From Candidatus Helarchaeota archaeon (GTDB lineage Archaea > Asgardarchaeota > Lokiarchaeia > Helarchaeales > RDOG01): a DNA stretch of 64,000 bases. The notes under the pieces were generated by a model. That model was not told the origin of the DNA. It saw only the letters and a list, made by a program, of their open reading frames with translations, and searched no databases. Position numbers and translations under genes: made by a program. Location: positions 1 to 64,000 of the forward strand of contig JAHPZH010000005.1 in assembly GCA_019058315.1 (NCBI GenBank), in the 5' to 3' direction. This document shows, one piece after another, positions 36,844 to 46,085 of this stretch. Every line of letters begins with the position of its first letter. Positions within the stretch are counted from its first letter, which is position 1.

Positions 36844-38292
36844 TTATTTTAAAACTAAATTTTGGATGAAATCTTGGATTTTTAGATCCTCTAAAGATTC
36901 TACTACATTTGAGATTTCTTTGATTTGATTATCAGACATGCCGATATACCTAGCTTCTTGAGCCATTTTTTTATTTAAGTCATATTTTTCTCCACCTGCT
37001 GCTCCAATAGGTATATCTTGTTTTGCAGAGTAACTTGAACCATCTTTCATTTTTACCTTAATTTTACATCCACAATACATTTTCCAATTTTTTAGATCCA
37101 ACTTCCCTATCCCCTCTCGCATCAATTTCCAATCAATGGTTTGTGCACTCTTCATGGAATAGCCTAAATCTGGTTTAACTTCTATTTTTTTAATAAGTTT
37201 GTGAACATCAGGATTAGTAATCTTATCCATAGTTAATTGGGCTGGTGTTAATTTTTTTTCTATCAATATAATAGCAACATTATAAGGTAAGTAAAAATTG
37301 AGTGCCACTGCACTTTGAGTTTTTTTCAATTCAGATATATCAACGAAAGGGCGACTCATATCATCCATCATTGTGCTCAAGATAGAAGCATTGACTATGA
37401 TTTTATCGATATCCCTATAATCCAGTTCGGAATCAGTTCTCTCTCGATATTTTTGAAGAATTTTTAATGTAACATCAGCTGAAGAGTCAACATAAGCACA
37501 TCCGGGATAAATCTTGAATGTCATTGTCTCTGTCAGCCAACCTGTTCCTAAATCACTATCTAGAATAGAAAGAATAGGTTCATCACCAAAAAAATTTAAA
37601 AATCCTTGTGGGTCTTCAAAAATATTAGTAGCACCAGTAAAACCACTTTTTGCAAGGTATGCAGCTTGTGCACCGACTTGAGCAGGAATAGAAGAGCTTA
37701 AAAGTTTGGATTGGGGACCAAAAAAACCTCTAGGTATTGTAGTAGGGACTTGATAAAGAGATATACCAATTGCATTTGTAAGCTGCTCTTTGTTTAAGCC
37801 TATAATGCGTCCAGCTATACAAGCTGCACCGATAGAATGAATAAATGTTTGTTGTTGACCTTCTCCTGGTGGGTAAATAGCCATTCCAACCCTACCCTCG
37901 ATTTCATTCCCTATAACTACTGCAGTTAAGTATTCTTTTCCAGAAATATTATATTTTTCTCCAAATGCCAGGGGAACTGAGTAGGTAGTAGTTCCTGCAT
38001 GGATAGTACCTAGATAATCATCATAATCTAGTGCCATTGATAGGCCTGCATTTGCATAGAACGCATTTATTACATCAGTCCTTACTCCTGAAGGTATAAT
38101 AGTGGCTTCTTCCTTCGAACCGAATGATTCAATAGTTTTAACTAGGTTTTTTCCGCCGATGGTAGTAGATCCCGCAAATGCTGCCCCAAACATACCTAGA
38201 ATTTGTTGCTTTGCGATTTTAATTATTCTATCAGGAATATCATCATATTTTAGATTTAAAACCCAATCAGCTATATTTTCACTTTTTGTCAA
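36844..38292 (-). CDS. MmgE/PrpD-family protein
   Basis: YDDIPDRI; ALDYDDY...IHAG; GFTGA; FKIYPGCAY; paralogue of 31805-33265. Confidence 0.85.
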   Translation of the reverse strand: MTKSENIADWVLNLKYDDIPDRIIKIAKQQILGMFGAAFAGSTTIGGKNLVKTIESFGSKEEATIIPSGVRTDVINAFYANAGLSMALDYDDYLGTIHAGTTTYSVPLAFGEKYNISGKEYLTAVVIGNEIEGRVGMAIYPPGEGQQQTFIHSIGAACIAGRIIGLNKEQLTNAIGISLYQVPTTIPRGFFGPQSKLLSSSIPAQVGAQAAYLAKSGFTGATNIFEDPQGFLNFFGDEPILSILDSDLGTGWLTETMTFKIYPGCAYVDSSADVTLKILQKYRERTDSELDYRDIDKIIVNASILSTMMDDMSRPFVDISELKKTQSAVALNFYLPYNVAIILIEKKLTPAQLTMDKITNPDVHKLIKKIEVKPDLGYSMKSAQTIDWKLMREGIGKLDLKNWKMYCGCKIKVKMKDGSSYSAKQDIPIGAAGGEKYDLNKKMAQEARYIGMSDNQIKEISNVVESLEDLKIQDFIQNLVLK

Positions 38293-38301
38293 AAAATCAC
38301 C

Positions 38302-38685
38302 CTATAATTTAATCTTCATATTTAAAAGAAAAGATATTAATCCGGAAAGTAGAAAAATATTAAACCTATTACTACGATATTTATTTGCTTTTAATCGAGC
38401 TGAAGTATATGCCCCAAATAGGGAAATTTTACCATCAAATATTTCATTCCATGTATTGACATCTGAAGAAATTGTCATAATCGCAAACGGACTTTTTCCT
38501 TTCTCTAATTTACTACCAGAAGGAGATAGGATTAAATAATAAGGTTCCATTTCTGGAATTTCTAAATTGATAATCATGTTTAAATTGAGAACATCAGGGG
38601 CTTCTTCTCCTACAGATGAAGAGATCATAGATTTAATTTGTTCAATTTTTGAAGCTAAAGTATTAAACCTCTCAATTAAAGCCAT
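38302..38685 (-). CDS. SCP2-like lipid-binding protein
   Basis: TISSDVNTWNEIFDGKISLFGAYTSARLKA matches the SCP2 C-terminal signature. Confidence 0.7.
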   Translation of the reverse strand: MALIERFNTLASKIEQIKSMISSSVGEEAPDVLNLNMIINLEIPEMEPYYLILSPSGSKLEKGKSPFAIMTISSDVNTWNEIFDGKISLFGAYTSARLKANKYRSNRFNIFLLSGLISFLLNMKIKL

Positions 38686-38802
38686 TTTAAAAAACCCATT
38701 TGATCTTTTTCATATTTTAATTTTCTTAAATTCATTAAATAAATATATTTTATATTCATAAAATATATTAGTTACTTGAGAAAAAAGTAGGTAAATAAAA
38801 AA

Positions 38803-39612
38803 ATGGGCTACTATGACATAATGGCTAGTAGAATGATGCTTAATACATTATTGTACACCATTTCTGAATTGAGTAAAATAAATGAGAGAATAAAATCTAT
38901 GAATAAAGACCAAAAAATGATAATTAAGGTTGAAATTGGAAGAGGTGGACCAACAGAATATTTGAATATTAACAATGATATAATAACTTTTGAAAGAGAT
39001 AAAGTATATCCTAATTATGATGCGTATATTAGTTTTAATAATCCTTTAGAATTCTTGAAACTCTTAAAAAACTTAAAAATTAATTTAGAGCAACTAAAAG
39101 CTGAAGGGAAAATAAAGTTAGGAGGACCACCTAATTTTCAAAAAAATTGCGAAGAAATCATCAATATTGCTCTGCCATATTACAACGATGAATTAGGAGA
39201 AGATATTTCCCCGGAGGATGAGCTTCTTCAAGTTAAATTTATCCTTTTCGCTCTTATGGCAGGATTTCAAGAAATTGCCGAAGAAGATGAAAATGTTCGT
39301 GAAGAAATTAAAGGAATAAACGTTAGCATTAAAGTAAAAATAGTTGATGGTCCACAATGCTTTTTGTTATTTCAAAATGGGACATTTAGAGGATGTATGG
39401 ATGGGGAAGGGGTGAAGCCGACTGTAGTTATTAAATTAAAGGATCTTGAGACCGCTAGAGCCTTGCTTACTGGGAAGGGGGATGCAGCCAAGTCTTTTAT
39501 GAGGGGTGATATCTTAATAGAAGGGGAAACTAAACATGCAATGAAATTAGTTAATATAAATGAGCTTTTAACTGATTATTTGGATTATATTAAAGCAAAA
39601 ACAAAAAAGTAA
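38803..39612 (+). CDS. Tandem SCP2-domain protein
   Basis: Two units, ending EGKIKLGG and LLTGKGDAAKSFMRGDILIEGETKHAMKL. Confidence 0.75.
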   Translation: MGYYDIMASRMMLNTLLYTISELSKINERIKSMNKDQKMIIKVEIGRGGPTEYLNINNDIITFERDKVYPNYDAYISFNNPLEFLKLLKNLKINLEQLKAEGKIKLGGPPNFQKNCEEIINIALPYYNDELGEDISPEDELLQVKFILFALMAGFQEIAEEDENVREEIKGINVSIKVKIVDGPQCFLLFQNGTFRGCMDGEGVKPTVVIKLKDLETARALLTGKGDAAKSFMRGDILIEGETKHAMKLVNINELLTDYLDYIKAKTKK

Positions 39613-39840
39613 TGAAAATTTACTTTTATTAACTAAAGAATTTTAACATCTATAAAAACATATATTAAAATCCATTTATTTTTATTAATTCGTGATTTAA
39701 TTATCATGAGACCCGTTAAATTTCACGATTATAATAAAAGATAAATCAGAAAAAATTAGAAAAATCTGGTATATTTTAAAAAATAATGATTTTGGAGCGT
39801 ATAAAGGAATTATAATAAAGAATAGATTCCTTAATTTGAG

Positions 39841-40581
39841 ATGATTAATTTGAGCCACGAATTAATTGTCATTGGAGCTAGCGGGATACCAATTTACACA
39901 GTTAAAATTGATCCAGAATCATTATTAAGATCTGGTTTTTATAAGGCTATTTATGATTTCGGAAGGCAACAAGATTCATGTCTTAGTCGGATTGAATTTT
40001 TAAACGGAAGATGTGCTTATTGCAATTATTATGAAGATAAAGATTTGCTTTTTTTTATAACAATCGATGTTTATCATTTTAAAGAAGGCATAATGCTTAA
40101 GATAGAAAGATTATACAACCAAATATTCAGAGATATGGAACAGCCAGAAGGTGAAATCACACCATCTGAAGAATTAATTGAAAACGTAGAATATATCTTA
40201 AGGGAGAAGTTTATTAGAGAACAAATCTTAGCAAAGCAAGATAGTATAAGAGAAGTAATTCAAGAAATACTACAGAGCCCAGAAATTAAAGCTGTTTCTA
40301 TTCATACTTTAGATAATACTCCTATTATTTTTGCAGGTTCAAATATTGATTTAATAATAAAATGGTTAGTAAAATGGAATTTAGCTCACCCTCCCGCTCC
40401 TTATGAATTTGAGTTTGGTAACTATCTTGATGATAAGACCCTACAAGGAATTATAATGAATTCGGGGATTAGCCTTAAAAACGATAAGAATTTCATTCTT
40501 TATTATATTTTTGGAGAATCGGCTAATCTTGGGTTTCATATGGACTGGTTATCAGCCAAATTGAATAAAATCATAGGTTAA
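39841..40581 (+). CDS. Longin-like plus roadblock-like domain protein
   Basis: LIVIGASGIPIY...LRSGFYKAIYDFG...SRIEF longin pattern; EIKAVSIHTLDNTPII second domain. Confidence 0.6.
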   Translation: MINLSHELIVIGASGIPIYTVKIDPESLLRSGFYKAIYDFGRQQDSCLSRIEFLNGRCAYCNYYEDKDLLFFITIDVYHFKEGIMLKIERLYNQIFRDMEQPEGEITPSEELIENVEYILREKFIREQILAKQDSIREVIQEILQSPEIKAVSIHTLDNTPIIFAGSNIDLIIKWLVKWNLAHPPAPYEFEFGNYLDDKTLQGIIMNSGISLKNDKNFILYYIFGESANLGFHMDWLSAKLNKIIG

Positions 40582-40609
40582 TTATCAGATCGATTTTGGT
40601 ATTAATAAA

Positions 40610-41233
40610 ATGAACAATAAACAACCCTTAGGGAAAATCGAGAAAAAAAAGCTTGAAAAAATCAAAGGTCGTAGGGTTGTTGAGGTTCCATTATTATTTA
40701 AAGTTAATTATCCCTATTTATCAGAAGAAATTAATGAAGAATATTCAAAAAAATTAAGAGAATATGCTGAAAATTTACAGCAGTGGATAAAGAAATTCAA
40801 ATTAGATATCGGAAAAATTGATAAAATTTATCTTCAAGCTCTTAGCGAAGAAATTATTGATGATTTAGATAGACTAGATTATATTAAAAATAAAGGGAAT
40901 ATTTATAGTGAAATTATAAAAAATTTGATTGAAAATGGTGCAAAACCACAAATAACGGAAAATTCAGAACTTGTTCACGAGTCTATGGCTTGGCTATCGA
41001 GAATCTTGGGTCCTGACGCTCTTGAGGTGGATTTTCAGTTATTTCTTGATACAATTAAAGATCGTGATGCATTTATTGTTAAAAGGATAGAAGAAACTCT
41101 TAAAGAAGGCGAAACAGCTTTATTATTAATAGGGATTGAACATTCTTTTACATTCCCAAAGGATATCGAATATATAAAATTTCGACCTCCTATGGTCGAT
41201 GAAATTATTAAATTAATAAGATTTAAACCTTAG
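40610..41233 (+). CDS. Hypothetical protein (TraB/ChaN-like C-terminus)
   Basis: DRDAFIVKRIEETLKEGETALLLIGIEH. Confidence 0.6.
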   Translation: MNNKQPLGKIEKKKLEKIKGRRVVEVPLLFKVNYPYLSEEINEEYSKKLREYAENLQQWIKKFKLDIGKIDKIYLQALSEEIIDDLDRLDYIKNKGNIYSEIIKNLIENGAKPQITENSELVHESMAWLSRILGPDALEVDFQLFLDTIKDRDAFIVKRIEETLKEGETALLLIGIEHSFTFPKDIEYIKFRPPMVDEIIKLIRFKP

Positions 41234-41311
41234 AGTTATAAATTGTTTTAAAAATATTTAAAAAAACAGGAAATAAAATAAAAAAAGAATAATTAATTCA
41301 TTAAGTTTTTC

Positions 41312-42157
41312 TTAAGTCATAAGCTTCTTTTTAATTTTTTGAACAATATCATTGAATGCTTTGGCAGCTTCAGCGTCAGAATGCTTTACTATATAAGGTT
41401 CACCCTTGTCTTCTTCTACTCTGATCAGAGGATCAATTGGAATTGCACCTAAAAAGGGAACATCAAAGTCTTTAGCAGCTTTTAATCCACCACCTTCACC
41501 AAATAAGTCAATCTTTTCACCGCATTTAGGACATGTAAATCCACTCATATTTTCAATAATGCCGAGGACAGGAGTATTCAATTGTTTAGCCATATTGATC
41601 GCTTTTCGGGAATCTAATAATGCGACATCCTGTGGTGTAGTGACTATGATTACTTGTGCTCCTTTTATTAGCTGAAGGACAGAGAGTGGTTCATCTGAAG
41701 TTCCAGGGGGATTATCAACAATTAAAAAATCCAATTCACCCCAATTGACATCTGTAATAAATTGTTTAATTGCACCCATTTTCAATGGACCCCGCCATAT
41801 TACTGGAACATCTTCATTTTGTAATAAAAATCCCATCGACATAATTTTCATATTCAAAGGTCCGAATATTGGGGAAATACCTTTTTCAGTACCTGATGAG
41901 GGAGGGAGTGCAATGTTTTTCCCTATCATTTTGGGAACATTAGGACCCGTTATATCTACATCTAGTAGACCTACACGAAAGCCATTAAGAGCTAGTGAAA
42001 GTGCTAAATTTACTGCAACAGAGGTTTTTCCAACTCCGCCTTTACCACTCATAATAACGATTTTATGTTTAATTGTTTCAAGTTTCTTTGCTATTTGGCG
42101 ATCTTCTTCTTCAATTCTCTTTTTTTGTTCTTCTTTTAAATTTTCCATATAACTCAC
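41312..42157 (-). CDS. apbC: Mrp/Nbp35/ApbC Fe-S cluster carrier ATPase
   Basis: SGKGGVGKT; DVDITGP; IWRGP; [17 protein letters not shown]; TTPQ; [11 protein letters not shown]. Confidence 0.95.
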   Translation of the reverse strand: MSYMENLKEEQKKRIEEEDRQIAKKLETIKHKIVIMSGKGGVGKTSVAVNLALSLALNGFRVGLLDVDITGPNVPKMIGKNIALPPSSGTEKGISPIFGPLNMKIMSMGFLLQNEDVPVIWRGPLKMGAIKQFITDVNWGELDFLIVDNPPGTSDEPLSVLQLIKGAQVIIVTTPQDVALLDSRKAINMAKQLNTPVLGIIENMSGFTCPKCGEKIDLFGEGGGLKAAKDFDVPFLGAIPIDPLIRVEEDKGEPYIVKHSDAEAAKAFNDIVQKIKKKLMT

Positions 42158-42265
42158 AAATTACACAAAGATTTTAAACTTTTATGCTTTATTGTTATTC
42201 AAATATGAAATATTTTTGAAAGTTTTAGTTATAAATAGCAACTTATTTTTTTAGGTAAAAACATT

Positions 42266-42853
42266 ATGCTTGATAATAAAAATAAAAAAATCATAAATTT
42301 TCTACAAGAAAATGGCCGAAAATCTTTAAATGAGATAGGTAAACAACAAAATTTATCTCATACTAGCATTCAAAAACGGTTAAATAAATTAATATCTTCA
42401 AATTTAGTAAAAATTTCAGCAGTTCTGAATCTAAATGAACTTGAATTTTCATTTGCGGTTATAATAGCTGAAATAGAAGGTCATGATAATTTAACAAAGA
42501 TTATTGACACTTTTAAAAATTGTCCCCGAATTCTTTTTCTCAGTCCTATGATGGGGGGTCACAATTTAATTTCTATAATGGCATGTGAAGATGCTAGCTC
42601 TATGAACCAAATTATTAATGTATGCTCATTCCGGAACCATCCAGCAGTTAGAAGATCAGAAGTATATATATGCGATAGTCCGATTATACCACAATTTTTC
42701 AATTATCCAATTATTATTGAACATAAGGAGAAACAATCTCCATGTGGTATCACATGTTTGGAGTGTGAGAAATTTCAAAATGCGAAGTGTGTAGGATGTC
42801 CAGGGACGATACATTATAAATTTAACCAGAATAAGGGCAAATCAAAAAAATAA
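42266..42853 (+). CDS. Lrp/AsnC regulator with C-terminal Cys cluster
   Basis: LQENGRKSLNEIG HTH; PCGITCLECEKFQNAKCVGCP. Confidence 0.85.
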   Translation: MLDNKNKKIINFLQENGRKSLNEIGKQQNLSHTSIQKRLNKLISSNLVKISAVLNLNELEFSFAVIIAEIEGHDNLTKIIDTFKNCPRILFLSPMMGGHNLISIMACEDASSMNQIINVCSFRNHPAVRRSEVYICDSPIIPQFFNYPIIIEHKEKQSPCGITCLECEKFQNAKCVGCPGTIHYKFNQNKGKSKK

Positions 42854-43012
42854 TACGTTTTAAAACTCTTAACGAGAAGTTTTTAATAAGACTAGAAAAT
42901 AAATTTAAATTTTTTATGTTTTTTTTTGGAATTATAATTATTTAAAATTCAAATTTCTATTAGTTATTAAATTTCAATTGTATTTTGAAAATTAAATATA
43001 GGAGTTAACTGA

Positions 43013-43828
43013 GTGACTGAAGATCTTACAGAGAAAATTAAAACAGTTGCTAAGTGGATCGTTGAATCTAAATATGCCATTGTATTAAGTGGAGCAGGTA
43101 TGTCTACGGAGAGTGGTATCCCAGATTTTAGGGGGCCAGAGGGTGTTTGGACTAAATTAGGAGATGATCCAATGGATGTATCTTCTATTGCAGCTTTTGA
43201 AGATATGGCAAGCAGCAAAACACCCGATCCTAGAATGCAAGAAATGCTTATGGGAATCGTCCAAAAATTAATAACCGCTAGACCAAATAAAGGACACAAA
43301 GTTGTAGGAAAGCTATATAAAAAGGGTTATGTAAAGGCTGTTATTACACAAAATATAGATAATCTACATCAGCGAGGTGGTGCTAAGGAAGTTATTGAGG
43401 TTCATGGAACCTATAAAACTGCAACTTGTATGACATGTGGGAATAAATATAAATTCGAGCAATTATTACAAATGGTTCTACAGGATGGTATGTTTCCTCC
43501 TTTATGCGAAAAAACTCAATGTGGTGGGTTTATCAAACCTGATGTGGTATTTTTTGGTGAAATGTTACCGCCAATGGCTCTTAGAAAATCTATGCATTAT
43601 GCAGAAACTACGGATTTAATGCTGATACTTGGTTCAAGCCTTGTAGTTTATCCCGCAGCTAATCTTCCAAATATCGCAAAAAGTAATGGAGCTAAAATTG
43701 TAATAATTAATGATGAAGAAACTCCAAAAGATAATATTGCAGATATAATAATTAGAGGTAGACTTGGCGAAGTTCTACCAAAAATACTTGAAGAAGTTGA
43801 ATTATTAGAGCAAAAAAAAGGGAGTTAA
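43013..43828 (+). CDS. cobB: Sir2/CobB NAD-dependent deacylase
   Basis: GAGMSTESGIPDFRG; ITQNIDNLHQR; EVHG; CxxC...C..C; KPDVVFFGE; GSSLVVYPAA. Confidence 0.93.
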   Translation: MTEDLTEKIKTVAKWIVESKYAIVLSGAGMSTESGIPDFRGPEGVWTKLGDDPMDVSSIAAFEDMASSKTPDPRMQEMLMGIVQKLITARPNKGHKVVGKLYKKGYVKAVITQNIDNLHQRGGAKEVIEVHGTYKTATCMTCGNKYKFEQLLQMVLQDGMFPPLCEKTQCGGFIKPDVVFFGEMLPPMALRKSMHYAETTDLMLILGSSLVVYPAANLPNIAKSNGAKIVIINDEETPKDNIADIIIRGRLGEVLPKILEEVELLEQKKGS

Positions 43829-44406
43829 GAACGTTCATCTGCAACAATTTTCTTAAATTTTAAATTAAGCTCATGTTTTTCATAACTTTGAGAAACTATT
43901 TCAGCTAGATTCTTATCTATTTCCTTGGTTTTATAATCAATTTTACTTTTTTCCGGATCCCACCAATTTACTGAGTCAAATGATGCTTGTGGAAATAGCG
44001 AAAGTAAACTGGGATCAAAAGTTGGATCTACAATTTTCCATTCACCATTTAAATAGATTTCTGTTGCACAATGGCTTATATCCGAAAGTTCAATCTCTTT
44101 ATTAGCTAATAAATAGGCATTCACAAGAATATATCTTGCAGGAATACCAGCTGCCCTACATAAAGCAATAAACAAACTTGATTTGTCAACACATGCCCCA
44201 GTTTTTCTTTTAAGCAGTTTTATAGCTCCTACAATTGGATCTAATTCATATCGAATATTATCTCTTACCCATTTGAAAATTTTTTCCGCAATTTTTTTCT
44301 TTTCAGTTTCATTTCCGATTATTTCTTTTAGCTTTTGCATAATTTCGGGGCTATCAGATTCACAACCATATGTTGCACGAAGAAATTTAGCTTTTTTCTT
44401 TTCCAT
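43825..44406 (-). CDS. Transglutaminase-like protein
   Basis: GACVDKS...ALCRAAGIPAR; HCATE; WKIVDPT (Cys-His-Asp triad). Confidence 0.9.
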   Translation of the reverse strand: MEKKKAKFLRATYGCESDSPEIMQKLKEIIGNETEKKKIAEKIFKWVRDNIRYELDPIVGAIKLLKRKTGACVDKSSLFIALCRAAGIPARYILVNAYLLANKEIELSDISHCATEIYLNGEWKIVDPTFDPSLLSLFPQASFDSVNWWDPEKSKIDYKTKEIDKNLAEIVSQSYEKHELNLKFKKIVADERS

Positions 44407-44518
44407 TTGCCTTATTCTCCAAAAAATTAAATAAAAATCTTAGATTAATTGATCAAAAAATAAATTCTAATTTTCATATTTAAATCCAAAGATTTTTAAT
44501 TAGCATTCAAATAGATTT

Positions 44519-45007
44519 TTATCCGTAAAATGCTGGTTTCTTCGCTTGATATGGTTCTGACGGTTTTAATCCACAAATCCTATTTAATATTATTAATATT
44601 TTTTGGAAAGTGTGAGAAATTTCACGGATAGAGTTAAAAAAACTATTTTGAGTAAGACCATCTACAAATATTCGGTCAACTAAGACATACTGAGGATTTT
44701 TTTGGTCAAAAGCTAAATCTAAAGGTCTCTCAAACACATATTCCAGAACTTGCTCCTTGAATTTCATAAGATTTGTTCCTTTTTGTAATTGGGCCCAATG
44801 CGGGGGAGCAATTTGGGTTTTACAACTAATAACAATAAATGGTTTGTCGTTTGGTTTTGCTATCTGGAGACCGAGTTTTGTAGGTAATCGCACTGAAATT
44901 ATGAATTCATGAGCTGGTTCTTTAATTTTTTTATCAAAAATGCCCTCCTCTTTACACCACTGAGATATTTTTTTATATAAATCAATTTTTTCATCATTTT
45001 TTGGCAA
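44519..45007 (-). CDS. DUF2299-like protein
   Basis: ISQWCKEEG; IAPPH; IFVDGLTQNSF. Confidence 0.65.
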   Translation of the reverse strand: MPKNDEKIDLYKKISQWCKEEGIFDKKIKEPAHEFIISVRLPTKLGLQIAKPNDKPFIVISCKTQIAPPHWAQLQKGTNLMKFKEQVLEYVFERPLDLAFDQKNPQYVLVDRIFVDGLTQNSFFNSIREISHTFQKILIILNRICGLKPSEPYQAKKPAFYG

Positions 45008-45105
45008 AAAACGCCCTCATTTTAAATTTTCTTAATAAAATTATAAAATATAAGTTGTTTTATTCTATAGTCTTATTTTTATTTTACTGTTTAAATAAAG
45101 ACTAC

Positions 45106-45876
45106 TTAAATTTCTATTTTTAATCCTGACCCATTTTTTATGTATAGATCTTGAAAGGCTTTACTTATCATTATTTTAGATGTATTTCCTGTACAATGGC
45201 AAGGTGATACTAATTGGATATTAATTTTTTTAAAATATCTAATTAATTCCTCAGTTTTTGATTTGTTATTAATATGGAAACCACCTATAACTCCGTATAC
45301 CTTTGGAATTTTACTAACATCTCTACAAAATTCAATAATTTTTATTACTCCTGGATGAGCACAGCCTAAAACTATGAATAATCCTTTATCCTTTATATTA
45401 AAGACTAGAGATTGCTCTTGAATTCCATTATTAAGTGTACCTGTTGAAAAAACACCCTCAAATATCATTTCTGGCTTTGCAAGTGTTTCAATATTAAAAC
45501 CTAGTTCTTGAATTTGTTTACAAGTTTTTGCATTTCCAATTGGAACATATAACATTGCGGATTTTGAAATAGATGATAAAACATAATTTAAACATCCACA
45601 ATGGTCACTATGCCAATGTGATATATGAATAGCCTTTAATTTTGTAAAATCAAGTTTAAGTTTAGACAGATTTTGGGAAAAATCATAGAGTGAACCACTA
45701 CAATCCATTAAAATTGATTTTTCTGGGTTCTTATCAATCTCTATATAAAAAGATAGCCCCCAAGTAGTTTCTAGATCATCATTAATAAAGTCATTATCAA
45801 TCACAGTTAATACGGATAGGGATTCGATTTCCCCAATATTATCGATTTTTTGAGAAAACTGATCTAGATTACTCAT
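45106..45876 (-). CDS. Metallo-beta-lactamase-fold hydrolase
   Basis: WGLSFYIE; SHWHSDHCG; GCAHPG; GGFH; PCHCTG. Confidence 0.9.
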   Translation of the reverse strand: MSNLDQFSQKIDNIGEIESLSVLTVIDNDFINDDLETTWGLSFYIEIDKNPEKSILMDCSGSLYDFSQNLSKLKLDFTKLKAIHISHWHSDHCGCLNYVLSSISKSAMLYVPIGNAKTCKQIQELGFNIETLAKPEMIFEGVFSTGTLNNGIQEQSLVFNIKDKGLFIVLGCAHPGVIKIIEFCRDVSKIPKVYGVIGGFHINNKSKTEELIRYFKKINIQLVSPCHCTGNTSKIMISKAFQDLYIKNGSGLKIEI

Positions 45877-46085
45877 TGAATAATTATTTCCATAATTTTT
45901 TTTTAAAATTTACGAAACTATCAAAATTTTAGGTATTAGGTTACTATTTGCAACCATTTTGTTTTAAATAAGAAAATTCTTAGTCTTTGAAAATATTTCT
46001 TAGGTATAAAAGACACCTTTATTAAGCATTTTTTTGTCTTTAATAAGTTATAAAGTAAATATAATGAAAACAATATCAATTTTGT

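Noticed and set aside
31355-43828. NADAR + Sir2 as an ADP-ribosylation or defence system
   Set aside because: The genes are ~11 kb apart, Sir2 is a canonical Zn-binding CobB type, and no ADP-ribosyltransferase is adjacent
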